Shown: one piece after another, positions 1-12,800 of the stretch
How positions within the stretch are numbered: position 1 is the stretch's first letter
Layout of the letters: every line of letters starts with the position of its first letter
Assembly (NCBI GenBank): GCA_021772675.1
Contig: JAJFLO010000244.1
Coordinates: 1,468-65,467, forward strand
Source: Verrucomicrobiota bacterium
Lineage (GTDB): Bacteria; Verrucomicrobiota; Lentisphaeria; JABSQK01; JAJFLO01
DNA: 64,000 nt
Direction: 5' to 3'
Notes under the pieces: generated by a model
Told to the model about the DNA's origin: nothing
What the model saw: the letters and a program-made list of their open reading frames with translations, nothing else
Databases searched by the model: none
Position numbers and translations under genes: made by a program

Positions 1-176
1 GCTCACAAATAAATAACTTGGATTTTTTGCATCTTATCTTCACGTCATACTTTGCCCGATCCAAATGTCGAAAGACATTGAAATATGGCAATATTCCTAC
101 AGTTTTTCGCCATTCCGATCGATCAAACCTGATATAAATCTGAGCGCAAAATTATCCAAGTTATTTATTTGTGAGC
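1..176. repeat. Perfect 23-bp inverted repeat (1-23 / 154-176) enclosing 130 bp; truncated by the window edge
   Basis: gctcacaaataaataacttggat at 1-23 is the exact reverse complement of 154-176. The repeat may extend beyond position 1. Confidence 0.6.
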
Positions 177-305
177 CCTTAACGTCACGGATTCAGGTAT
201 CTCTGTAAGAATCAATCCTTAATTGCGTAGTTCAGTGGTAATCGCCAAATATTTTAAAAAGTTTTATAAACTTTGGCAATTTAGACAACGGATGGTAGGT
301 TGTCC

Positions 306-516
306 GCTGACAAGTGTTTGTTTAGCGTTGGTAGCTCGTGCCGCCGCCTCGCGGGGCCTGAGTAAAGCGTTTTAGCGCAGCCAGGAGCCGAGCGTAAAGC
401 GAGACAGCAATTTGCGATAGCGAATTAGTGAAACGGCAACGCCGCGTTACCATGCTTGTCCGGTTTACTCAGGCAGGAATGCCCGAGCTACTAACGCTAA
501 ACAAATACGCTGACAA
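306..516. mobile_element. MITE-like non-autonomous element (195 bp, 314-508) with 25-bp terminal inverted repeats and an 8-bp target-site duplication
   Basis: TIR-L 314-338 gtgtttgtttagcgttggtagctcg vs the reverse complement of TIR-R 484-508 (23/25 identical). Direct repeat GCTGACAA at 306-313 and 509-516. The interior is GC-rich in an AT-rich intergenic region and has no ORF. Confidence 0.7.
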
Positions 517-643
517 TTTGTCGATAGAATCGTCAATTTATTGGTCGTTTTTATCGAAAATCATCACCTAATTTTATTTAGATTTAATAATTCTTATGTT
601 GAATAACCTTAAAAAATTCAGCTAATTTTAATAACCCAGATGC

Positions 644-650
644 AAAGGAG
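644..650 (+). promoter_or_regulatory. Shine-Dalgarno-like site (AAAGGAG) 6 nt upstream of the giant-ORF ATG
   Basis: Sequence aaaggag-ttttcc-ATG. Most other CDS in the window have no comparable purine-rich site at this spacing. Confidence 0.6.
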
Positions 651-656
651 TTTTCC

Positions 657-875
657 ATGCAGCAATTCAATTCCAACAAGATGTGGTCCCATGTCTTTCT
701 ACGTTTACAATTTCTTATCTATAGCTTTAGCCGAATCAAATCTCGTTTAAACGGCGTGCATCCCCAACAGAGCAGATGCGGCAGTCAGCTCAGGCTGTCG
801 TCATTAATACATTCGCTGACGATGACGGTAATGATGGTTTTGACATTGTCATTAGCCGTTGATACTTCGTTTGCT
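657..875 (+). other. N-terminal 55-aa basic extension followed by a signal-peptide-like segment (MTVMMVLTLSLAVDTSFA|AD)
   Basis: Translation: MQQFNSNKMWSHVFLRLQFLIYSFSRIKSRLNG...SLT then M56 (ATG 822), a hydrophobic core and an A-x-A-like SFA|A site (cleavage between nt 875/876). Which start is used (657 or 822) is unresolved. Confidence 0.5.
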
Positions 876-3800
876 GCCGACGGCGGTATTATATCCGGGG
901 CCGCTACTATTGACATCGCCTCAAACCGGCAAGACCCAAATGCTGGCGGCGCGGTCTATATCGCCTTGTTTACCGACAACGATTTTCAAATCAGTGCCGG
1001 ATTTGTCGATAAAACCAATTCCGTTGCAAATGGTAACTGGGTTGGAACCTTTCCCTACTCGTTCGGCACGATTGCAACACCGGTCACTAACGGCGACTAT
1101 TTCCTGGGTGCATTCATCGACCTGAATAGTGATGATAGGTGGACTATCGGTGAGCCACGCAGCGCCGCGACTACTCTGACAGTTGCCGATGCCGACGCAG
1201 TTGACACTGACCCAAATGATATTAAAACGTCACAGAATGTTATCATTGATGAGGATTTCGATAATGATACACTCCCAGATTGGTGGGAGGTTGAATACTT
1301 TGGCGATCTTGATGAAGATAGCGGTACAGATTCTGATAATGACGGTCTAACCAACCTTGAAGAATTTAATATCAGCATTGCTGCATCGAACTCAGTACCC
1401 GGGATTGATCCAAGTCATTGGGATACTGACGGCGACCAGATGGATGATAAATGGGAATATGATTTTTTCGCTAATGGCAGTGGACTGGATCCTGATGATG
1501 CTACAGGTGCAGAAGGATCAGATGGGGATATTGATAATGATGGTTTGACCAACCTGCAGGAATATCAGGGGGTTGACGGTAATCCGCTTAAAGAACTTGG
1601 CAGTTCAGCAAATAGTATTACCTTGGCATCTGATACCGGCAGTGCCGATGATTTAAGCCCGATTAATATTGATACGGATAATGATACGCTTGTTGATAGT
1701 TTTGAAGCAGCCTGGTACGATACTGGGAATGGAATTGATCCGAATAGTGCGGGTGACGCGGGTGCCGACCCGGACGCAGACGGTTTAAGCAATTATCGTG
1801 AGCAGGCGCTCTTAGCCGAATTCAGGAGCGGCGGTACGATCAATATCTGGACGAATGGCTCATCGTCTACCAATTATCCGACGACGGATGGCAACGGGGT
1901 GCGTGCTTTTGGAACAGCCTTATTCCCCCTTATACAGGATGATGACGCGGATCCAACCGGTACGGTTATCGCGAATTTAAACGAATTGCGTTTCAACGGT
2001 GATGGCAATGCCGGCGGTAACGAATGGACTGATCCAACCAATGGGACGTCCTATGACGAAGTGTTACACGAAGGTTATGATACAGATGATGACGATCTCC
2101 CGGACGGTTGGGAAGTTCAGTTTGGGCTGGATCCCAAAAGCTCAGCCGGAGATGATGGAAAATTTGGTAATCCGGATGGAGATAAATTGTTGAATTTCGA
2201 AGAGTATCTGGGGCAGGATGGCGAACGCTCCGGTACATTACCGTTTATTAACGGTACGGGAGATGAGACGAACCCAAATGTTTATTATTCCCGTCCCGAA
2301 TCAACGACTGCCGGAACCGGAATATCGAGAAATCAGACGCTCGGTTCCGCATTGCCGACAACCAATCTGGTTTCGCAATCCGGGTTGGACAATGATGATG
2401 ACGGTACTGATGATGAAGTCGAAATTCAAACAAATAGTTCAAGTCCGGTTCACTCGATGCATCCGTTCGTAAGACACTCCGCTAAAATTACCTCCGATAC
2501 AGGTATTTTTATACCCGATCCTGAACCCAGCAGTGGTTTAACTCCGGGTCTTAGAGAAGATTTGATATCTCGTGACTGGACACTGGAGTCCTGGGTTAAA
2601 ATCAACGCGGGAGTTACGCTGTCGGTTTACCTGATTGATTTTACTGCCGATACGTCATCTGCCGGGCTGACGAAAAACTTAGTCGCATATCGTTTAGAAT
2701 TGGTTGATAATGTTCCGCAGGCGTCCTTCGAAACCATTGGCAGTGCAAAATACACTGTTACAGGGAAGCCATTAACGACCGGGACATGGATTCACCTTGC
2801 TGCGGTATGGGACCATGCTAATAATCAATTTGCATTGTATGTCGATGGGTTTCTGGCCCAGGAAGAACGGGTATTTGAGGAATCTGTTTCAAATCTGGGA
2901 ATTGGTGGTGACAGTGCGACAAATCGTCCGATTTTGGCTTTAAGAAATGGCGGCGCGACTGCTCTGAATGCTAATTTATGGATTGATGAAGTTCGAATCT
3001 GGACGAGAGCAAGGACGCAAGTGGAAATCTACAATAATCGGAACGTCTTAATTGATCAAAGTACCTCAAACCTGGCGGCCTATTATCGATTTGATGATAA
3101 TGGTGTAACCGCAGAGGACTTCACAAGAAAAGCAAAGAATGGTTTGCTAAGCGCAACCGATGAAAACTTCTTTTTTGGCGATTTCGGTTATGCGTTGCCT
3201 ACCACAAGTTTCAGTTTTGTCACCGACGCCGCTCCGGTTCTTGGTTCCGATCCCAAGGGCGCTGATGACACTGATGGTGACGGAATGACGGATGGCTGGG
3301 AGTTGATTAATAATCTTGATTTAACCTCGGCAGTCGGAAATGGGGGTGCTTCCGGGGATCCTGATGGTGACGGACTGACAAATATTTATGAATTCCGGTC
3401 CGAAACCAATCCAAATGCCCAGGATACTGATGATAACGGCGTTCTCGATACCCTGGAAGATTTTGACGGGGATAATGTCAGCAATATAGCGGAGCAGAAT
3501 TTCGGCAGCCGGCCGGATCTTGCTGATACCGATGACGACGGAGATGCAGACGGGACCGAAGTCACAAACGGCACCAGCCTTACAGATGCTACTGAAAATT
3601 CTGATGATGACGGTGCAAGAAGTTTAAGACTGCCCGGCGCTGCAACCGATTATGCCGAGGTCCCAAACTCGTCCGTTCATTTCCTCACAAGCTGGACATT
3701 GGAGGCATGGATTTATGCAGACGCCGCGCTGGAGACGGGTACAATTGTTCGTAGAGTCGTTGAGCAAGATGCCGAATTCACAAATAATTTGACGACATTT

Positions 3801-6800
3801 GAACTGGGTATAACGGCCGGAAAACCCTATGCAAGATATGTGGAAGATAATGATAGGGATGCAACGGATGTTGAACATCGAGTCAATGCCGCTAATTCCG
3901 GTCCTGTCGGTGATGGAGTGGTTGCGCCGGCAACCTGGACCCATTTGGCAGGAACATTTGATTTTTCATCCGGTGTACTCACCTTGTATGTAGATGGTGT
4001 TCTTGATGATACGAATACCGGTAATACAGAGTCTCCGCCGGCAAATGGTGAAGGCAGTCAGGTATTTCTCCGAATTGGCGAATCATTTGACGGAGATATT
4101 GACGACGTTCGAATCTGGAGTACAATTCGTTCTGAAAGCCAGATCTCCGGTAATAAAGACGCTACAATTGACGGATCAACCACGGGACTGGTAAATTATC
4201 TTCGTTTTGACGATGGACAAGCCGCAGCAGACCCCCGGGGCGCTCAAGATTTCACGGTGTCCCGGGATTGGGATAATCAGTGGACATCTGCTGCAACTCT
4301 AAACGGAGCGGCGGCATTTGAAGTTACGAATGTTCCAATTTTGGTTTCAGCTTCCAGTACAACTGATTCGGATAATGATGATATGCCCGATAGCTGGGAA
4401 ATTGGTGAATTCGGCAATCTTACCACGGCGGAAAACGCCACAAATGCCGGTGGCGGCGCAACAATAGTCAGCGGTTATACGGACAGCGACGGCGACGGTC
4501 TGAACGACTTTTATGAATATTTGTCCGGAACGGATCCCAATGTATCAAACCCGGCACACTTAAGCAGCAACGCTGACACGGATGGATTAACAAATTTTCA
4601 GGAGCAGCAGCGGTCAACAGATGCCAGTAACAATGACACTGATAACGATGGTGTCACCGATGGCGATGAGGTATCTATGCATGGAACGAATCCTCTGAAT
4701 TCGTTAAGCAGCAATTCATTTTCATTGCAGGCCGTTGAATTTACTAACGATACAGATCAGGTAGCGATACCGGTTAATTCGAAATTCGATTTTTCTTCAT
4801 TTACTGTTTCCGCCTGGATTTTCCCAAAAACTGCGTTTGGCGAGGGTGTAATCATCAATAAGCTTGCGGATGGCGGGGGGGTGCATTATCGATTGGGTGT
4901 TACCGCAAAAAAAGCCTATATCAGAATCGGTGCCGTCACGGTTACGGATGCCAATAATTTGACCGCAGATAAATGGGCTCACATCGCGGCAACTTATGAT
5001 TCCAGTACCGGAACAATTACGTTGATAGTAAATGATGATAATGGAACTGGAACTCGCCTGGACAGTGTAACAACAGGGTCATTGGGCGCTTCCGTGATAG
5101 CTGATTCCAGTGAGGCAGTAACAATTGGTTTAAGCGGGTCCAGTGATACTGAAACACTGATTGATCAGGTGCGGCTGTATAATACAGCTTTAACTTCCTC
5201 TCAAATTACATCGGATAGACAGTCTTTTACGACCACCCAATCCTCTAATCTGGTGGGGCATTTCCGATTCGATGATCAGGGAACAACCGTAGAAGATTTT
5301 TCAGAACCCATCGGAAGCAACGCTGTGACTGCAATTACTAATTTAGCAAAGAGTGGAGTTCGAACCACCGGTGCAAAATTAGTTTCCAGCAGTACCCTCG
5401 ATGCGGTGATAAACAGCAGCGATGATACCGATGGTGACGGCCTGTCGGATGTATTTGAAGATGCGACAACTGGAGTCAGCTCAACCGATGCGGATTCAGA
5501 TGACGACGGCATATCGGATGCAAATGAAGATCTCGATAATGACGGCCTGACAAACTTACAGGAATTTCAGGGAGCCGACGGCATTGCAGGTACCGGTGAC
5601 GAGACTGATGCGAATAGCGCAGATACCGATAGCGATCAACTGAACGATAACGACGAGATCACAGCGGGCACTAATGCACTGGATGTTGATACGGATGACG
5701 ATGGAGAAGCCGATATTGAAGAGGTGGAAAAAGGTACCAATCCATTGAACAGCTTAGATCCGCTGGTGCGCCGTGTATTGGATTTTGCCGCTGCCGGGGA
5801 TGTAGCGACGATACCTGCACAAAGTAATTTGTCACTCCATAACATGACGATCAGTGTTTGGGTTAACCCGGATGGTGATGGAAATATTGTCGACAAGGGT
5901 ACCAATTACACCTTGAGTCGTACCGGAGGTGTGGGTGTATTTACCTTTACGATGGTGAAAGTAGATGGTGGAGTTGGCTCTGGTGAAGAGACAGTTACCG
6001 GAGTGACGCCTATACCGACAGCGACGTGGACTCATCTAACAGCCACAGTGGATACAATCAACGATGAGGCTGTATTATATGTTAACGGGGTGGAAGATAA
6101 GAAAATTACCCTACCGAGCCAGGAAGTCCCGGCTACAGTGCTGGGTACAGTCGTTCTTGGCGGCGGAAATTTGACCGGGCAGATTGATGAACTTCAGATC
6201 TGGAACCGACCATTGAGTTCGGCCGAAATATTAACCAATTATGTCTCAAGTCTTGCGGGGACCGAATCAAATTTAGTTGCATATTTCCCGTTTGATGACG
6301 GTCAATGGAACACCAGCGCTGCGCCATATGAGACGCCAAATGGCGCAGAAGATATGACGAATCGTTTGGACTTTACCGTTTCAGCGGTGCTTGGAGGCAC
6401 AACCACGTTTGTTGCTGCGTCCAGTCCGATTAACGTTGACACCGATAATGACGGGGTGTCCGATGGCAATGAACTATTGCTCGGAACAGATTTACTGGTA
6501 ACCGACAGTGATGGTGACGGTTTCCTGGACGGTCAGGAGGATGCAAATAATAATGGCGCCGTTGACGCCAATGAAACTAATCCGGCCAATGCAGATTCTG
6601 ATGGTGATGGCGTCAATGATAATATTGAAGGCCAGACAGCCGATACGGATCTTGACGGGACCATAGATGCCCGTGATACTGACAGTGACGGGGACAACTT
6701 GCTGGACGGTGCAGAAGACCTTGATGGTGATGGTGTTGTTGATAACGGGGAAACAAGCCGGGTTCTTAAGGATACCGATAATGACGGGCTTGATGATGAT

Positions 6801-9800
6801 AAAGAGGCGACGCATGGCACAAATCCGAGAATAACGGACAGTGACGGCGATAGTCTGCTTGATGGAGCTGAGGATGCCGATAATGATGGTGTTGTCGATA
6901 CAAGTGAAACTGATCCGGCCAATGCAGATTCCGATGGTGATGGTGTAAATGATGGCATTGAAGGCACAACGGCGGATACCGATCTTGATGGGACCATTGA
7001 TGCCCGTGATACGGATAGTGATGGTGACGGTCTCCCGGATGCTACGGAAGATGTTGATGGAGATGGTATTGTTGATGCTGGTGAATCAAGTCGACTTTTA
7101 AAAGATACCGATAGTGATGGGCTTGATGATAATAACGAGGTGACGCATGGCACTAATCCGCAATTGTCAGATAGTGATGGAGATGGCTTGGAAGACGGTG
7201 CTGAGGACCAGAACAATAACGGGGTTGTTAACGCAACAGAAACCAATCCGAATAATCCCGATACTGATGGCGACGGTGTCAATGATGGCGTTGAGGCTGG
7301 TAATATTAATTCTTTTGTAGATACTGATCTTGACGGAACAATCGATGCTCGTGACACCGACAGTGATGGTGACGGGTTATTGGATGGCGCTGAAGATCTT
7401 AATGGGGATGGCGATGTTGATGGTGGTGAAACAAATCGAGTTAATGTCGATACGGACTCAGATGGTCTAAATGATGATAAAGAATTGGCTCATGGTTCAA
7501 ATGCACAATTACAAGACAGCGATGGAGATTCGTTAAATGATGGAATAGAGGATGCCGATAATGATGGCGTCGTTGATGCGAATGAAACCGATCCCACTAA
7601 TGCAGATACGGATGGAGATGGATTTAATGATGCCGTAGAAGGCGTTGTTGATACCGATAACGATGGAACGGTTGATGCCCGTGATGCCGATAGTGATGCT
7701 GACGGTGTCACGGATGCCCAGGAATTTGCTGATGGCACCAACCCTAAACTTGCTGACAGTGATAGCGATGGCATTGATGACTTGTTTGAGCGTAATACGA
7801 CGGGTTTAGACGGAACCGTTAGTACCGACGCCGCCGGTGATATTGATAGTGATGGTCTTACAAATTTATTTGAGTATCAGGGTATTGACGGTATTCCGGG
7901 AAGCGGCGATGAATCCAGTTTGACAGATCCTGATACCGATGATGACGGATTATTGGATGGAGCAGAGTTTACTGCTCAAACTAATCCACTAGACGTTGAT
8001 ACGGATGACGATGGTGAAACGGATCAAGAAGAGGTGTTTCAAGGAACAAACCCGCTGGACAGTATTGATCCCAGGGTTCGCAGAGTATTAAACTTTTCTG
8101 ATACAAATGCAACAGATACCGCAACAATTCCTGCTCTGGCAAAATATCAGACCACAAGTTATACCATTGCATTGTGGGTTAGAGCCGCGGCAACGGGCAT
8201 TTTACTTAAAAAAGGGGCCGATTATACACTGGATCTGGTTGCATTGGTTCCTGAATTTACATTTACGATGGTCGATATTGACGGAAACAATCCGGTTGCC
8301 GAAACCGTAACAGGTCCGGATGCATTGACCGCAAATGCATGGACTCATCTAGCTGTGGTTGTCGATTCCGTAAACAATCAGGCGATTCTTTATATCAACG
8401 GTGTGTCGGTTGCCACCGAACCCATTGATAGTCAGAAAATTCCCGGTTCATCACTGACGACGATCGTGTTAGGTTCCGGCGGTGCATTTGTGGGTGATAT
8501 TGATGAACTTCAATTTTGGAGTAAATCATTAACGCAATCGGAGATTACAACAAATTCAAGAACGGATTTAACCGGAGCTGAAACCGGACTCATCGGTTAT
8601 TTTTCATTTAATGACAGTCAATGGAATAGAACAAATGAGCCAACATTTGAGTCTGCCAATGGTGCTGAAGATTTTACGGCGAGACGGGATTTTACCCAGT
8701 CAGCAGGTATTGACAGTGCGAATGTTACATTTGCCGAGTTGACGGAACCTTCGTTTTCGTTTAATTCATCCCATGAGACCGGAGCCACCGTCAGCGTTGA
8801 TCTGGGAGAGTCCAAGAGCATCACATTGTATCGATCGTTTACGGGATCGGGCAGTGCGACTACGGTAAATCTGGTATCAAGTGATCCGTCTAAATTTTCG
8901 GTAGGTTCCGAGGCAATATTCACCGTCAATTCAACGACAACAGATATTGTGATCACTGGAATTGCCGCCGCCGCCGATGCAACGTTCACAGGAATCCTTT
9001 CAGTATTAATAAATGGCGTACAACAAACATCTGTAAATGTTTCTGTTCAACCTACTGCCTTGACGATTACCGGACCAGCAGCAGTCGTTGCGGGTGATCT
9101 GGATACCTATACAGTGACACGACCTGCAAGCAGTGATGTCTCTCAATCCGTTTCTGTCAGTCTGTCAATAGATAACAATGGTGCATTTCAGGGGTTTGAT
9201 GGGCAGGGGAATTTTATTTTTGTTCAGGGAGCAGCTGTGGTTATTCCTGCCAATACTGTGAGCGCTACAATTGACGTTTATGGCGTATCGCCGGCATCCA
9301 ATGTGAGAATACGAGCGACGGCAACCAATCTCGTTGATGGTACTTTGGATATTAATGTTAGTAATCCAACATTGACATATGCCCCAAATACTAATCCTAC
9401 GGTTGTTCTGGTCGGGGAAACAAAGTCGATTTTGATTGAGCGCCAGTTCAATCAATCTCAGGGGCAGTTAGTGTTGAGTTTTATAAGCAGTGATACCAGT
9501 TTGTTTACTATTACTGGGGCGCTTACGTTTGGACGGAATCAGGTGCCGGGCATTATTAATGTAACCGGTGTGTCGTTGTCCGCGGGTGATAAAGATGGAT
9601 CAGGGCAGATTTTAGTGCGTGCCGGAACCGCGACCATAGACACATTAAGCATCAAAATCGATGCAAACACAAGTTTGACATTGACTGTCCCGAACGACAA
9701 CCAGGTGGTTGCGGGTGATACGGCGACGATGACCGTAACCCGTAACGGATCAACATCGGACAATTTGGTTGTTTCTTTAGTCAGCGATGATGAATCATTA

Positions 9801-12800
9801 CTGACCATTTCGAATTCTGTTACAATCCTGGCAGGAGAAACTGCCGCGAGTTTTGCTATGACCGGCGTGAGCCCCGGCAATAATGTTACGGTGAGGGCAA
9901 CGGCGCCGGGCTTTCCGGTCGACACGAATTCTAATCTGAATATTAATGTACTTAACCCGACAATTATCGCACCGGCCAGTGTTTCGACTCTTGTTAACAA
10001 TACCAAACGAGTCACGATTTCCAGACCGTTTGATGAAACGGGAGCCAACTTGAATGTTCAATTGCTGAGCACAAATACAACTGCATTTACCGTTCCCGGA
10101 ACCATCACGATTCCCGCTTTAAATACCAGTGTCAGTTTTAATGTTTCCGGAGTAAACTTAGGGTCGGGTCAACTGCTTATGGTTGTCGGACCGTATGCGG
10201 TGGGTACAAATGTGACTGTGACCGCACTGGACATCACCGGCGTTGAATTTCAGGACGGTAATGCAAATGGCCGGATTGATCGTGCCAGAGTGGTCTTTTC
10301 GTCACCGGTTTTAGACCACACAGTTAATGTTTCGCAGTTTGATGTTGTTTCAATCAATGAATTTGACTATGCAAACGAAACCTTAACTGTGCTTACCGAC
10401 ATTGCTAATGATGCGGTAATCTATATCACATTTGATGAACGAACCGTCGGTTATGACACGGGTATCATTCCTGATTTATTAATTACGACGCCAACGCTCA
10501 CCGACTTTTCAAGTCGACTGTTGAATAACGGGAGTTCATTGGGGCAGGATAATTTAATTGAGACAGATCAAGCGTCGCCGGTTCCGGTACAGGTTTTTAG
10601 AAGCGATCCGATTGCAGCGGGAGGAAATCTTCCGGACGGTACTGTGTTAACGGTTGTATTCAGTGAACCGATTGTCAATAATGCCTATGTCGAAGCCGCC
10701 GCAAATTTTGGTGTGGATCCGGACGGTCCGGGTGGTGGAGTCTCTTTATTTGCACAGGGACTAGATGGTTCGGCTGTATTAGCTGCCAGTTCGGCGTTTA
10801 ATGGGAATCGACTGATATTTACTCTTAGCGGTGCGACAACGAGCGGGAACTGGACGAATAATGCAACATTTAATTTGTTTAATTCACCATTTTTACAAAT
10901 CAGAGATGGAATTAACAATAATAGCAATAGAAATGTTGCTAATATTGTTGTCCGGGCTGATGAGCGTTTTATTGATGCGCCAAATGATACGGGTGAAGCA
11001 ATCATAGGACTAAATCTGAATCAACTGACGACAACATCGTCCTCCAGGCTTTCAAGTGTGATTGTAAATGTCGGCAATGTAGGAACCTTTCCGCCTTATG
11101 ATATTAGCGGTGATTTGAACTTTACATTATATAGAGATATCAATCATAACGGGACACTGGAAATTGGCACTGATGAAATAATTTCAAGTACAGGAACTCC
11201 AGGGGCATCAACATTTAGGCTTGAGCTCGACAATGGCCAATTATTACCCGCTGATGATAGTGATAATACGCAATTGTTTACTATTCAGGGAGTCGCTGTA
11301 GCAGATTTCACAACCCTGGATTCGGGTACATTAGTTCCGGATGTGATTGTTACAGCATTTGCAAATAATGCACGTACCCTATCATCGGATGCACACATAA
11401 ATGTTAATACTCAGGGAACTCAGTGGCAAATCGTTGATTCTAGTAATTTGTATTTATTAGTTAATGAAGCTGGAACAGTTCGTGTATTTTATAATAATGC
11501 AGGATTGGACTACCTTGTTGTCTTACGCACGACGGCCTCCGCAGGCTACTCAAAGGCCGGCCAATTTACGATTAATCCCGGTGACTTGATTATAAGCGAT
11601 GTAAACAATTTGCCTTTGGTGCCAATCCGTACCCCCGTGTATCGGTCAAGATTAAGTTCTGTAATTTCTGATGTTGTTGCCCGGAACTGGGCGATTTTTT
11701 CACTTGATCCTGACGAAACAATTGGTGAAACGATGGACACAATCACCTCAGATAATGCAAAAGTAGTTTCGTTTAATGCCAATTCAGGTCGTATTACAGA
11801 CTTTCCGGCAAGATTGGAAGCAAGGAACAGTAATTTTTCTAATGCGGTCGAAATCACATTTTCCGGAAGACTAACAGATGAAAGTACCCTTACTATCGCG
11901 GGTAGTGGCAATGTAACGGTAGAAATTGTTGATGAAACGACAGGAAATGTGATCGTATCATTAGGTACTCTAGCGTTGGATCAATCTGGTTCAAGTTTGT
12001 CAATTTCAGCAGCTGCCACACTCGATCCTGATACCAATCACGTACTACGATTAAAAAATGATAGCGATAATGTTGTTGATTTCGTAAGTGTATCGTTAAC
12101 AAATACAGGTGCTACCATAAGATTCAATACTCCGTCAGCACTCTTGCGTGTTGATGCCCAAAATAATTCCGCAACCTCAGTAAACCTTACGGAAATGCAT
12201 ATTAATTTCAGTAGTACGAATGGTGTATTTACACCAGAAGATTTATTAGATATTGATAATACAGCAACTAGCGGTGTTGCAATTTATAAGGATAACGGAG
12301 ATGGAATTTTTTCGTCTGTAACCGATACATTAATTCCATCTGCGGCTTCAACCGATGTCTTTTGGAATGGTTCCGGGCCTTATACGGTAAATTTACAAAA
12401 TTTAGCTGGTGCGATGATAAACGCGGCAACAACAGATATCTACTTTATTGTTGTTCGGGTAAGTCAGAATGCTGAAGATAATGAGCAATTTTCGGCAGCA
12501 ATAAAGGCCGGCGGTCTTGTTTACAGTGAGCCAGCTGTAAGCTCGGAAATTACAAGTGTTAACGTGACATCTTCGTCGCTAAAAGTGGATACCATTCCAC
12601 CGGCTCTAAAATTGGTTTCGTTTGTCGATGTCGATGGCAGTCAGAATGCCAATGCCGGTGATAATTTTCGATTTGAATTTAGTGAACCGATAGATTCTTC
12701 ATCGATTACTATAGCAACGATCAATGCTGCTCTTCCCATTACTTCAGGAAATTCATTTAATGCAACGTCATTGTTCTGGAGTGCTGATGGATTAACGCTA

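Noticed and set aside
225-240. gcgtagttcagtggta, resembling a tRNA acceptor/D-arm 5' portion
   Set aside because: There is no complementary D-stem 3' side, no anticodon arm and no GGTTCGA-type T-arm downstream. At most it is a tiny tRNA remnant, not a gene.
6533-7357. 274-aa minus-strand ORF (Ser/Pro/Leu/Val-rich), and the overlapping ORFs 6492..6815 and 6766..6969, inside the giant gene
   Set aside because: This is the antisense of GAY/GGT/AAT-rich TSP3 codons. That antisense frame is stop-poor by construction. The translation is low-complexity with no motifs, and the + frame carries clear domain signatures.
6504-7780. Possibility that the Asp-rich repeats are RTX nonapeptides (T1SS substrate), or that the tandem array is a CRISPR-like array
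   Set aside because: The loops are DxDxDGxxDxxE (TSP3 type), not GGxGxDxUx. No C-terminal T1SS signal or ABC/MFP genes are seen. The repeats are in frame, 333-345 nt long and have no unique spacers.
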